From Phoronis australis (taxonomy: Eukaryota > Animalia > Phoronida), in NCBI GenBank assembly GCA_002633005.1, contig NMRA01001037.1:1653-65652 (forward strand): DNA of 64,000 nucleotides, given 5' to 3'. The first letter of the stretch is position 1. Each line of letters starts with the position of its first letter. Positions 50,701-63,300 of the stretch are shown here, one piece after another. The translations under genes were made by a program, and so were the position numbers. Under the pieces are notes generated by a model that ran no database searches, was not told the DNA's origin, and saw only the letters and a program-made list of their open reading frames with translations.

Positions 50701-52064
50701 AAAGAAAATTCACCCGAGACTAGCATACTAGAATTAGGTGTGATTTTTACTCATTTTCTGGGAACTCTTGGCATTCCAAACCTTGATTACCCTTGTACCC
50801 ATATGTGCAGCTTCAAGAAAACATGATACCGAAATGTTGATTGAAATTGATTTTGGGCTGGCTTTCCTTCACATGGTGAAAGCAGGTCTCAAAATGAGAG
50901 CCACCTAAAAGTTAGTTTTTTGGCCTGAGGTTTTATCCACTGTAATTAAGGATACTCTTACCGTTTTATTTCTGGTCGTACCAACAAAAGGGCTGGTGCA
51001 ATTGAATGCTACTGAATTTCAAAATTCTATAGAATTGTTGGAGACATTACGAATGCAATACGCAAGGTCTGCTATTTACAAAATGTTCTACATTTGTGAT
51101 ATCTTCTGAGTGATACAAGTTTTACGTTCTTAACCTGTGAAACTCGAGGAAATGATATCTTTAAATTATCACTTATTTTTCATCATAGTTTAGGATTGTA
51201 AAAAGTTTTATTAAAAATTTTCCAGCTTGGGACAGTGAAAATTTAAATATTTCCTCTGCCTCGATGTTTGACGCATGGAGACTCGTAGAAGAATTGCATC
51301 GGTTGTTGCATTCAACATTTTTTAAAAAGACTAGTCTATTACCAGACTAAAACTTCAGGATCAAGAAAATTCAATTTTTACGTTCTTTTCAGTGCTTCAA
51401 AATTTAGAAACTGTCCCAGATTGGAGAATTTTTACGCAACTGAGTGTTAAAACCACTGTTGTCAGTAATGACTCTTCTCTTCCTGGTAGCGAGTATATTA
51501 CTTATTCCAAAGTACGTACATGACATTGACAGTCAATTGTTTTTTCATGAACACTTAGAGAGCTCAAAGCAAGGACAAATTGAGTGCCCAAGCTGTGAGT
51601 TAATGTGAATGAGTAAAGTAATTGTGACCTTGTAGTTAATTGATCATCCTTGGTTTTTCTTTCTTTAGGTTTGGATTTTTGTGACCTTCGCTGCCTGTCA
51701 TTGACCATCGCCGCATATCATCGACCATCAGCCAATCGATTGCATGCATTAATGAACGTCACATCTACGCTTGGACTAGTGGCATAGTTGACTACATCAA
51801 GGGGTGGCACCTGCCTGCATAGCACAGATGAACTGAAGTTCAGGGAGTTCTTTTACACCTGCAGTGTTAACCATACTCAGAAGGGTTCACAAAAATATCA
51901 ACGGAATGCCAACCGCGAAAATTTACAAATCTTAAACGTTCACATTTTGCGTAATGACCACATTTAATTGCAAAAGTTCCATTAGACTTTTCAGTTTCCT
52001 TGTTTCCAAAAAATTTTAGCTCGAAAAAATACGCATTTTGTTTACCTTTTGGGCAACTAGTGAT

Positions 52065-53912
52065 TTCATGTAAATCCATTTCACGGTTCACGAAAACCAT
52101 CAGAAGTAGTTTGGCAGATGGGCGAGGAATTCTTGGTCATAACCGCTAATTCTGTCATCATGTTGGGGAATTCCAGATCGTTCTGGTTGATCACTGTGCT
52201 GTGTACTGTGCAGTCCGCATATCAATTGTCCATGTATCAGCGAATGTCCATACATCCAAGATTGCCGTCTAATCTCTGAGTATCGACTGTTCGTGCGTTG
52301 ATGCCTCGGGTCAACTGGTCGCACGTCAACCGTCCACTTCCCGAGGAATATCCACACATTGAAGATCGCCATCTGCTGTCTACATATCGAACATTCACGT
52401 ATCAAAGGAGCATCCAGATAACGAGGATTGGCATCTTCTGTCCACAAACTGATTGTTCACGCATCATTGTCTGCCATCGGCTGTTCACATATCGATTGTC
52501 CACTCATTGAGTAGCATTCCTGCATCAGGGATTGTCATCTGCTGTCTGCATGTCAACCATTCACACATAGAGGAACGTCCACATATTCAGGATTGCCATC
52601 GACTGTTCGCGTATCGGCTACCCACACATTGTGGAACTTCCATGCATTCGAGGATTGCCCTCTACTGTCCGTATGTTGACGATCCACATATCGAGAAATG
52701 TTCATGTATTGAGGATCGCCGTCTTCTGTACACTTGTCAACCATCCACACATCGAGAAATGTCCACTCATTGAGGATGACCTTCTACTGTCTACAAACCA
52801 CCTGTTCACGCAACAATGTCTGCCATCAGCCATCAGCATTTTAATCTTCTTCACATCAAGGAATGTTCACACATCTAGGATCTTCATCTCCCATCCTCCT
52901 GCTGACCATGTTTCCGTTGATGCTTGCCCTTGATCGTATGCATATTGACTGTCCCCCCACTGGGACAGTCAATATGCATATGGTCAATGGACTGTACGTA
53001 TAATGACTGTCCCGGTGGGGGGACAGTCAGTATACATACGGTGGATGGCAGGCATCAGTGGACACATGATCGGTAAGTGGATGGTAGTTGACGATTCCAG
53101 CTGTGTGAATGTTCCATGATGTGTGGAAGGTTGTTATGCGGATGGCTGATAGTAGATGTTGTTGTGGGAACAGTTGTTTTGTGGCCAGTAGATGGTGAAC
53201 CTTGATGAGTGGATGTTTATCGGTGTGAGGGTGGTTGATATGTGTACGGAAGATGTTGATCCTCGATGCATGGACATTTCTCGGTATGGGGAAGGTTGAC
53301 ATATAGATAGTAGATGTTAATGCTTGAGTGAATGGATGTTCCACGATATGTGGGCTGTAGATATGCGAACAGTTGAAGGTAATCTTGGATATGGGATGTT
53401 CCTCTATGCGTTGATGGTTGACATGCCTACAGCAGATGACAATCCTTGATGTTAGGATGTTTCTTGGTGTTTGGGAGATCGTAATGCGAACAGTTGATGA
53501 CAGACCTTGATGTGCAAACAGTCAGTTTGTGGACTGAAGATGACGACCCTCGATGTGTGGATGCAGGCCTTGATATGCGAATGATCGGTATGTAGGTGTT
53601 AGATGGTGAATCTTCATGCATGGATGTTCCTCGATGTGTGAACGGTTGACATGCGAACAGTTGATATCAGGTGTTGATGTGCGAACAGTCTTTATTTGGA
53701 GATTAGATGGAAGGCTTTGATGTATGGACATTCTTTGATGCCTGCACAGTTGATATAGGGATTCCATAATACACTGCAAAGGGATCAGATGAATTGATCG
53801 AGAATTCACCAATAAGATGGCCGAATTAGCTCTAAGTGAACAGGACTTCCTGCTGAGTCAGTTTTATTACTTCTGCTGGGTACCTCACAAACTGTAAATA
53901 TGTTTAACATCC
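52065..53912. repeat. ~1.85-kb diverged palindrome built from ~61-bp subrepeats, with two central hairpins
   Basis: The left arm matches the reverse complement of the right arm; perfect 19-bp stem at 52937-52955/52962-52980; second hairpin at 52993-53040. Confidence 0.85.
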
Positions 53913-56900
53913 ATGTATCGAGGAATATCTAAAGTATTGTTTGTGCATTGATGGTCGTGCACCATGGTTGTTTGAAAAAATGATGAGGTCACAGGCAAAT
54001 TGACAGTTCGGTTAAATAACCATCCCCGATTCTCTCAATAATTCTGTTTTGGCGTAGATGCACGGCTTAACTGAAGGGTATTGGTCTCGTAGTAAATTGG
54101 TGATTATTACTGATGTTCTTTTCAGCATGATGCCATGTTGTAGTGTCGTCTGCTTACCAACCGTGTTACCTGAATCACCATCTGCAGATCTTCACCTATA
54201 CTGATGCAAGTGTTAGTGAGTTTCAAGATCCTGAGCTGTGTTTTGACAATGTTTTTGTATAAAAAATAACTGACAGTGTTCAGGGAAACCAATCCCTAGT
54301 TTCAGCCATTTACTCTAGTAAAGAGGATGACGGGATTGCGGAATGCTATATCTACCATCAACAACCTGACTTCCAGCATCAGCGCCTATGATTGACAGCT
54401 ATCGATGGGCAAGGTAATACGAAAGTGTGAGGGCATGACTAGGATGTGTGCTGAGGTATGAATGTGATGATGACGACGACAACGGTGTATGTGAATGTGT
54501 GCATAATGACATTATGGCGTTCTCCCGTTCAGTGAATTTACTAGATGCAGAGGATTGAGCGTGTGCTAACATCTAACTCATCTGTCAACTGCCGAGCAGT
54601 CTTTCGTCTGGTATGACATTAGGCAGACCAATTATCTACCAGGATTATTACAGACCACGTGTGAACACAGTCAAACCCAGAGCGAATTGGTTCGTTCGGT
54701 AAGAATAGATTGTCATAACTGCGGTTGTACTTGGGCGATTTCGGAGATTCGAAAACTAAACATGATCAGCATTTGACAAGGAATTCAGAAATGCTATTGG
54801 TCTATGTTCAAATATTTATTACGTAACTTTGGTTTGGTTTTAACAGCACAGCCCAGTCAGGCAAGATACGATCTTATTGGAGATTAGATCAATTATCGAG
54901 CAAAAGAAAGCTGGCCCCCAAACCATGAATGCCAGAATGGAGTTAATCAGTGGTCTTAGACTTGGCAACAGGGGTCAACTTCCCAACCTGTTGTTGAGTT
55001 ATAGAATCGAACAAGTTAGGATCAACCGGAAAACGCCGTAATAAGTTGTTGTGCATGAGACTGGAGAACATGGAGATGTTGAGCAGTAGAGTGAACTATG
55101 AGGAGAACGTCACTTGGGTGTCCCTGTTTTAGTAAGGACCATTGAAATAACATGGAGTTTTGGGACTTGTTAACCGGATAAAGTCCTCTCCGTAAATAGG
55201 ATAAAACTTAACTGTCAACTTTTTCAGGACAGAATGTCAATCAAGTTAAGCGGGTAAAATCTTCCCCCATGAAAAGAGTAAACTTTAGTTGAGTTTTCTC
55301 AACAGAGGACATAATTTGAGTTGAGATTATCATCATTGCTACTGAACTGAAGAAACAGCGGAGCATTAAATTCAGACTTGTCAGCTGGGTTAAGTCTTGC
55401 CTGGAGGGTTGATGACAATTTGTTAAGTGTCAGAGGTTAATGAACCCGTAAGATGTGACGAATTAATGGTGAAATGGTACGAGACTGACTACAAAATGCT
55501 GCGACTAAATTGAAACGGTTGAGTGATGAAGCTAAATGCGAAAATATATGAACCCAAAACATGCGAAAGTTAATGAACCAATGAAGTGCGAGTTAATGAC
55601 AAAAACCTGCAAACGGTGTAAGTCAAACGAAACTTTGAAATATGAAAAAATGATGTACTTACGAAATTGGAGACTTCAATGAATGTGTAAAATATCACAA
55701 GGCCAAGAGGGCGTGACGAATCAAAATGAGCTTGTAAAATGAGAAGGTGACATATAAAGACACCCGCAATTGAAAAAGCATGAACCGGTAAAATGTTGAG
55801 TATGGTGAATAAAATGGAAGAAATAATTGAATCCACGGAATGTGAGAATTTATGAATGAATGAAATGTGACACAAAGAAATCTGTGGTTGTCCAAATTAA
55901 ACACAACCGTTAAATCCATAAAATGCTATGACAAACTGGAACCGTTGAGTGCGATGAAACGATGAAAAAAAATGTGCAAAACAAACCTTCGAGGAAATAC
56001 CGGGGTATATTCAGACACCCTAACTAGGTAAAGTCTGGACTGTTGAATGATAAAAGGTGAATTCTTTGCCATCAATATGGGGAATTTTTCTGTTAAAATC
56101 ATGTTTGGAGGAGATGAAAGCAAAGATGGGCTGGTGAAAATTCTCTAAATGCATCTTGTTAATGAATTTGTAAAACTTGAAAAATTAAAGGTGAAATTGT
56201 AAGAAACTATCACATCCATGAAATGCTACGGTAATTGAAATCGTTGAGTGATGAAACTAAATGCGAAAAATAAATGTACCCCAAAAATGTGAAAATTAAG
56301 TAAAATTCGAGTTAATGACATAGCATATATCAAACGAAACTATAAAATGTAAAAAATAATGGACTAATGTCACAAACCTTATCAGGAATTGATTGTTATG
56401 ACTGAGAAGTAATATATTGTGTGTTGCATTTGTGAGAAAAGTAACTTGTGACTCTTTGTTGAATTGGGCCAAACACCTTTAAATAACATGCTGGTGGAAC
56501 AAAAATAGGGATTTGGCCACTGCTTGTCAGAGTGATGTAATACCCCTAAGGAATGCAGTAAAATTTGAATGGGCAAGATATAGTGAATCGAATGGAACAT
56601 TATGCATCAAAAATTTAATGGAGTTTTGTGAAATGCGATAATTGAATGTGTCTGTACAGTGTAATTAAATAAACAAAGAAATGAATGACCTGAATTCATA
56701 AAATTGGGGGAAATAAACAAACGGCAATCTCATTGATAAACAAACATTTCAAGTGGTAAAGAATCCATGAAATGCGGCAACTAACTGGGGTCTTGAAATA
56801 CAAGATGTGGACGAAACTGAAATTCCATCAATTAATGAATTTTCAAATGCAGTAATAAATTAAGCCCTGTGTAAAATGCAACTATCAAAGGAATGCATTT

Positions 56901-57190
56901 AATGATGAACCATTAAAAGGTGATAAATTATGGGTTTGTGAAAAGAAATCGCAGAGCACGGAACTAATTAACGATCCCGAAAAATATCACAAACATAAAG
57001 CTGTTGTAGCATAATGACAGAACTCATAAAATGAACTATCTCAATAGTGTGAGGAAGCAAAATTCTAACTACAAGTGAATCTATGAAATGTAAAAAAACA
57101 ATGGACTCGTGAAATATGAAATACAAGTAAAACGCGAGGGTAACCGTGAATAATGAGGTAAACCAAAGTCCCTACGTTGTACTACCGGTA

Positions 57191-60100
57191 GTTCAAGAAA
57201 CATGACAAGTATAAAAGGTAAATGGAGATCTTGTCACAAATTGTGGAAATTGAATGAGCCCATAAAAAGACTTTAAATGCAGGTCATAGTATCATGTAGC
57301 CTGAGCATCACAAAGGGTGTACTTTACTTGTGTACACTATTGGTTATCAGGGTGGTCTTAACACTCCAAGAGTATGAAAGGAAATTTAAATGATAGAATG
57401 AATCATGGAGTGAAGATATAGTGCATCAATGTCGTCGCATTCCACGAAGTACGACAATTGAATGAGTCTGTAGAGTGTCATGAAATGAACAGAGAAATAA
57501 ATAACCTGTGAAATTTCAGAAATAAGGAAGTGGAACTTGGTGAACTAATGAATCCCTAATCTGCCATGATAAAGAACCCACGATAGGCAAACAAATCAAT
57601 GGGGTCCTGAAGTACCGGCAAGTGAATGAAATATAGGGAAAGTCTTTGAATTCATGAATCTTCAAAATTTGTTGAATGAACAAATCTATGAGCAGTAATC
57701 GAATAATCTCTGCATGGAATGGAACTATAAAGGGAATAAATTTATTTAACTGGATGTCGTGAAGTGTAATGAAATGACAATCCATTAAAAGGGAAGAAAT
57801 TGTTAGTTGTGTGTAAAGCCACGAATTAAGCATTCATGCAACAGTACAACAATATCTCGTGAATTTATGATTCTTCAAAATATCACAAATCAACAATGAA
57901 ATGGTACAGTAAAATAAACAAAGGCTTAGTACAAAATGCAGAATCCCGAGTTAATGTGAGATTGCCGTAATCAAAAGTCCTAGTCAAATGTGTCATGCCA
58001 ATGCTAAATATGTCTGGAATTAAAAATAGGGACGTCTGATTGAACCCATCAAATGCATTGACTTTTTGAATCCTGAAAATTTCCATAATGAACAATTTCG
58101 AGAAAGGTAACTAATGTTACATAGAAAGTAAATTGAAAGTACATTAAATAAACAAGTGAAAAAAGGAAGGTAGGGATGGTGAATGAGCTGAGGCCAACAA
58201 ATTGAATAGCTAGCTGACTTTAAATTCAGCCCAAGGGAACAAGTTGATCAAAAATGGCTATCAAAGCCTTCTTTACATCAGTATTTTTCAAAGTAACTGA
58301 CAGACACAGCTCTGGCTAAAACAAAAGTTTGTTCACCATCCTGAGGCTTAAGGGCAATGCAGCGTTTTTTCAATATTTAACATTCACTTTTTGCATTCTG
58401 CTTGAAGAATTCATCTGTTAGCATTTGATTCGGTTTACAGTTATTTTATGCTGCATCAAGTGGTGGTTCCTTTTTTCACAAACTGTAAAATTATAGAATT
58501 GTTATTACGTACTATTATCGTGTTAATAGTCAAACGTGTCGCGCTGATGTTAAAGGTTAATGGAATTAAAAACAGGGACAACTGATTGAACCCATCAAAT
58601 ACACTGAATTACTGAATTCTGAAAACTTCCAGAATGAAGGATTTCATGAACAGTAACAAATTAATACTGCTGTTGTACTAGTTTAAGAAACATGACAAGT
58701 ATAAAAGGTAAAAGGAGATCATGCCACAAATTGTGAAAATTGAATGAGCCCATAAAAAAGACTTTAAATGCAGCTCATAGTATCATGTAGCCTGAGCATC
58801 ACAAAGGGTGTACTTGACTTGTGTACACTATTGGTTATCAGGATGCTCTGAACATCCCTGAGAATGAACGGAAATTTAAATGGTAGAATGAATCATGGAG
58901 TGAAGAAACAGTGCATTCAGTGTCCTCGCATTCCACGAACTATGACAACTGAATGAGTCTGTAGAGTGTCATAAAATGAACAGAGAAATAAATAACCTGT
59001 GAAATTTCAAAACTAACGAAGTTTGGTAAAGAACCCATGATGTGCAAAAAATCAATGGTGTACAGGCAAGAGAATGATATTGTGAAATCTATTAGAATTT
59101 ATGAATCTTCACGATGTGTTGAATGAACTAATTTATGAGCAGTAATCGAATAATCTCTGTGTGGAATGGAACTATAAACGGAATATATTTATTTAACTGG
59201 ATATCGTGAAGTGTGATGAAATGACAATCCATTAAAAGGGAAGAAATTGTTAGTTGTGTGTAAGGCCACGAATTAAGCATTCATGCAACAGTACAACAAT
59301 ATCTGGTGAAATGATGATTCTTCAAAATATCACAAATCAACAATGAAATGGTACAGTAAAATAAACAAAGGCTTAGTACAAAATGCAAAATCCCGAGTTA
59401 ATGTGAGATTACGGTAATCAAAAGTCCCAGTCAAATGTGCCATGCCAATGCTAAAGATGTCTGGAATGAAAAATAGGGACGTCTGATTGAACCCATCAAA
59501 TACATTGACTTTTTGAATCCTGAAAATTTCCAGAATGAACAATTTCGAGAAAGGTAACGAATGTTACATAGAAAGTAAATTGAAAGTACATTAAATAAAC
59601 AAGTGAAAAAAGGAAGGTAGGGATGGTGAATGAGCTGAGGCCAACAAATTGAATAGCTAGCTGACTTTAAATTCAGCCCAAGGGAACAAGTTGATCAAAC
59701 ATGGCTATCAAAGCCTTCTTTACATCAGTATTTTTCAAAGTAACTGACAGACACAGCTCTGGCTAAAACTAAAGTGTGTTCACCATCCTGAGGCTTAAGG
59801 GCAATGCAGCATTTTTTCAATATTTAACATTCACTTTTTGCATTCTGCTTGAAGAAGTCATCTGTTAGCATTTGATTCGGTTTACAGTTATTTTATGCTG
59901 CATCAAGTGGTGGTTCCTTTTTTCACAAACTGTAAAATTATAGAATTGTTATTACGTACTATTATCATGTTAATAGTCAAACGTGTCGCGCTGATGTTAA
60001 AGGTTAATGGAATAAAAAACAGGGACAACTGATTGAACCCTTCAAATGCACTAAATTACTGAATACTAAAAACTTCCAGAATGAAGGATTTCATGAACAG

Positions 60101-63065
60101 TAACAAATTAATACTGCTGTTTTACTAGTTCAAGAAACATGACAAGTATAAAAGGTAAATGGAGATCATGTCACAAATTGTGAAAATTGAATGAGCCCAT
60201 CAAAAAGACTTTAAATGCAGGTCATAGTATCATGTAGCCTGAGCATCACAAAGGGTCTACTTGACTTGTGTACACTATTGGTTATCAGGGTGGTCTTAAC
60301 ACTCCAAGAGTATGAATGGAAATTTAAATGGTAGAATGAATCATGGAGTGAAGATATAGTGCATCAATGTCGTCGCATTCCATGAAGTATGACAATTGAA
60401 TGAGTCTGTAGAGTGTCATGAAATGAACAGAGAAATAAATAACCTGTAAAATTTCAGAAATAAGGAAGTGGAACTTGGTGAACTAATGAATCCCTAATCT
60501 GCCATGATAAAGAACCCATGATAGGCAAACAAATCAATGGGGTCCTGAAGTATCGGCAAGTGAATGAAATATAGGGAAAGTCTTTGAATTCATGAATCTT
60601 CAAAATTTGTTGAATGAACAAATCTATGAGCAGTAATCAAATAATCTCTGTGTGGAATGGAACTATAAAGGGAATATATTTATGTAACTGGATATCGTGA
60701 AGTGTGATGAAATGACAATCCATTAAAAGGGAAGAAATTGTTAGTTGTGTGTAAAGCCACGAATTAAGCATTCATGCAACAGTACAACAATATCTGGTGA
60801 ATTGATGATTCTTCAAAATATCACAAATCAACAATGAAATGGTACAGTAAAATAAACAAAGGCTTAGTACAAAATGCAGAATCCCGAGTTAATGTGAGAT
60901 TACGGTAATCAAAAGTCCTAGTCAAATGTGTCATGCCAATGCTAAATATGTCTGGAATTAAAAATAGGGACGTCTGATTGAACCCATCAAATGCATTGAC
61001 TTTTTGAATCCTGAAAATTTCCAGAATGAACAATTTCGAGAAAGGTAACTAATGTTACATAGAAAGTAAATTCGAACTACATTAAATAAACAAGTGAAAA
61101 AAGGAAGGTAGGGATGGTGAATGAGCTGAAGCCAACAAATTGAATAGCTAGCTGACTTTAAATTCAGCCCAACGGAACAAGTTGATCACACATGGCTATC
61201 AAAGCCTTCTTTACTTCAGTATTTTTCAAAGTAACTGACAGACACAGCTCTGGCTAAGACAAAAGTTTGTTCACCATCCTGCGGCTTAAGGGCAATGCAG
61301 CATTTTTTCAATATTCAACATTCACTTATTGCATTCTGCTTAAAGAAGTCATCTGTTAGCATTTGATTCGGTTTACAGTTATTTTATGCTGCATCAAGTG
61401 GTGGTTCCTATTTTCACAAACTGTAAAATTATAGAATTGTTATTACATACTATTATCGTGTTAATAGTCAAACGTGTTGCACTGATGTTAAAGGTTAATG
61501 GAATTAAAAACAGGGACAACTGATTGAACCCATCAAATACACTGAATTACTGAATTCTGAAAACTTCCAGAATGAAGGATTTTATGAACAGTAACAAATT
61601 AATACTGCTGTTGTACTAGTTCAAGAAACATGACAAGTATAAAAGGTAAAAGGAGATCATGTCACAAATTGTGAAAATTGAATGAGCCCATAAAAAAGAC
61701 TTTAAATGCAGCTCATAGTATCATGTAGCCTGAGCATCACAAAGGGTGTACTTGACTTGTGTACACTATTGGTTATCAGGATGCTCTTAACACCCCTGAG
61801 AATGAACGGAAATTTAAATGGTAGAATGAATCATGGAGTGAAGAAATAGTGCATTCAGTGTCGTCGCATTCCATGAACTATGACAATTGAATGAGTCTGT
61901 AGAGTGTCATAAAATGAACAGAGAAATAAATAAACTGTGAAATTTCAAAACTAACGAAGTTTGGTAAAGAACCCATGATGTGCAAAAAATCAATGGTGTA
62001 CAGGCAAGAGAATGATATTGTGAAATCTCTTTGAATTTATGAATCTTCAAGATGTGTTGAATGAACTAATTTATGAGCAGTAATCGAATAATCGCTGTGT
62101 AGAAAGGAACTATCAAGGGACTATATTTATCTAATTGGATGCCGTGAATGAAGTGTGGTGAATTGCCAAATCATTAAAAGGTGAGAAATTGTTGGTTCTG
62201 TATTAAGCAGCGAGTTAAGCATTCGTGCAACAGTACAATAATATCTGGCGAATTGTTGAATCTTCAAAATATCACAAATCAACAAATCAACAATGAAATG
62301 GTACAGTAAAATAAACAAAGGCTTACTACAAAATGCAGTATCACGAGTTAATGTGAGATTACGGTAATCAAAGTCCTAGTCAAATGTGTCATGCCAATAA
62401 TGCTAAAGATGAATGGAATAAAAAATAGGGACATCTGATTGAACCCATCAAATGCATTGAATTACTGAATCCTGAAAACTTACAGAATGAACAATTTCGA
62501 CAAAAGTAACGAATTAAAACAGCTAGAATATGTTACATACAAAGTAAATTGAAAGTACATTAAATAAACAAGTGAAAAAGGAAGGTAGGGATGGTGAATG
62601 AGATGGGGACAACAAATTGAATAGCTAGCTGACTTTAAATTCTGCTCAAGAGAACATGTTGATCAAACATGGCCATCAAAGCCTTCTTTACATCAGTATT
62701 TTTCAAAGTAACTAACAGCCACAGCTCTGTTCGTTCACCATCCTGAGGCTTAAGGGCAATGCAGCATTTTTTCAATATTCAACATTCACTTATTGCATTC
62801 TGCTTGAAGAAGTCACCTGTTAGCATTTGATTCGGTTTACAGTTATTTTATGCTGCATCAAGTGGTGGTTCCTTTTTCCACAAACTGTAAAATTATAGAA
62901 TTGTTATTACACACTATTATCGTGTTAATAGTCAAACGTGTCACGCTGATGTTAAAGGTTAATGGAATTAAAAATAGAGACAACTGATTGAACCCTTCAA
63001 ATGCACTGAATTACTGAATCCACAAAATTTCCAGAATGAACAATTTCGTGAAAAGTAACAAATTA
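57191..63065. repeat. Tandem array of four units (1490, 1447, 1491 and about 1447 bp) in ABAB higher-order arrangement
   Basis: Marker GTT[C/T]AAGAAACATGACAAG at 57191, 58681, 60128 and 61619; recurrent 70-aa pseudo-ORFs at 57883, 59330 and 60821. Confidence 0.95.
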
Positions 63066-63094
63066 GCGACGTCAGCGGTTCATATGCAGAGTGA

Positions 63095-63300
63095 ATGCCA
63101 CTACGTTGCGGTTCATCGTTCCTGCTTGTTCGAACTAAGCAGCTGCGAGGAAAGCGGGTATATGATTTTTTTTTACTTCCTCGAAAGTCCGAAATGCTTA
63201 GGAAGTGGCTCATGGTAGTGAAGAATGAAATATACACTGTAAATAGCAAGTATGAGGCCGTGAAACATCTCCGTGTCTGTGGCCTGCAGACGTCGACAGT
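63095..63300 (+). pseudogene. Degenerate THAP zinc-finger fragment (transposon-derived)
   Basis: MPLRC...CSN (frameshift)...FFLLPRKSEMLRKWL...HLRVCGL follows THAP spacing (C..C, FP, W, VC.xHF); the terminal HF is lost. Confidence 0.6.

Noticed and set aside
52100-53812. His/Ile-rich ORFs on both strands
   Set aside because: By-products of the ~61-bp subrepeat, whose length is not a multiple of three.
57516-62318. Recurrent 63-105 aa minus-strand ORFs
   Set aside because: They recur only because of the tandem array; no domain recognised and not preserved intact in unit 4.
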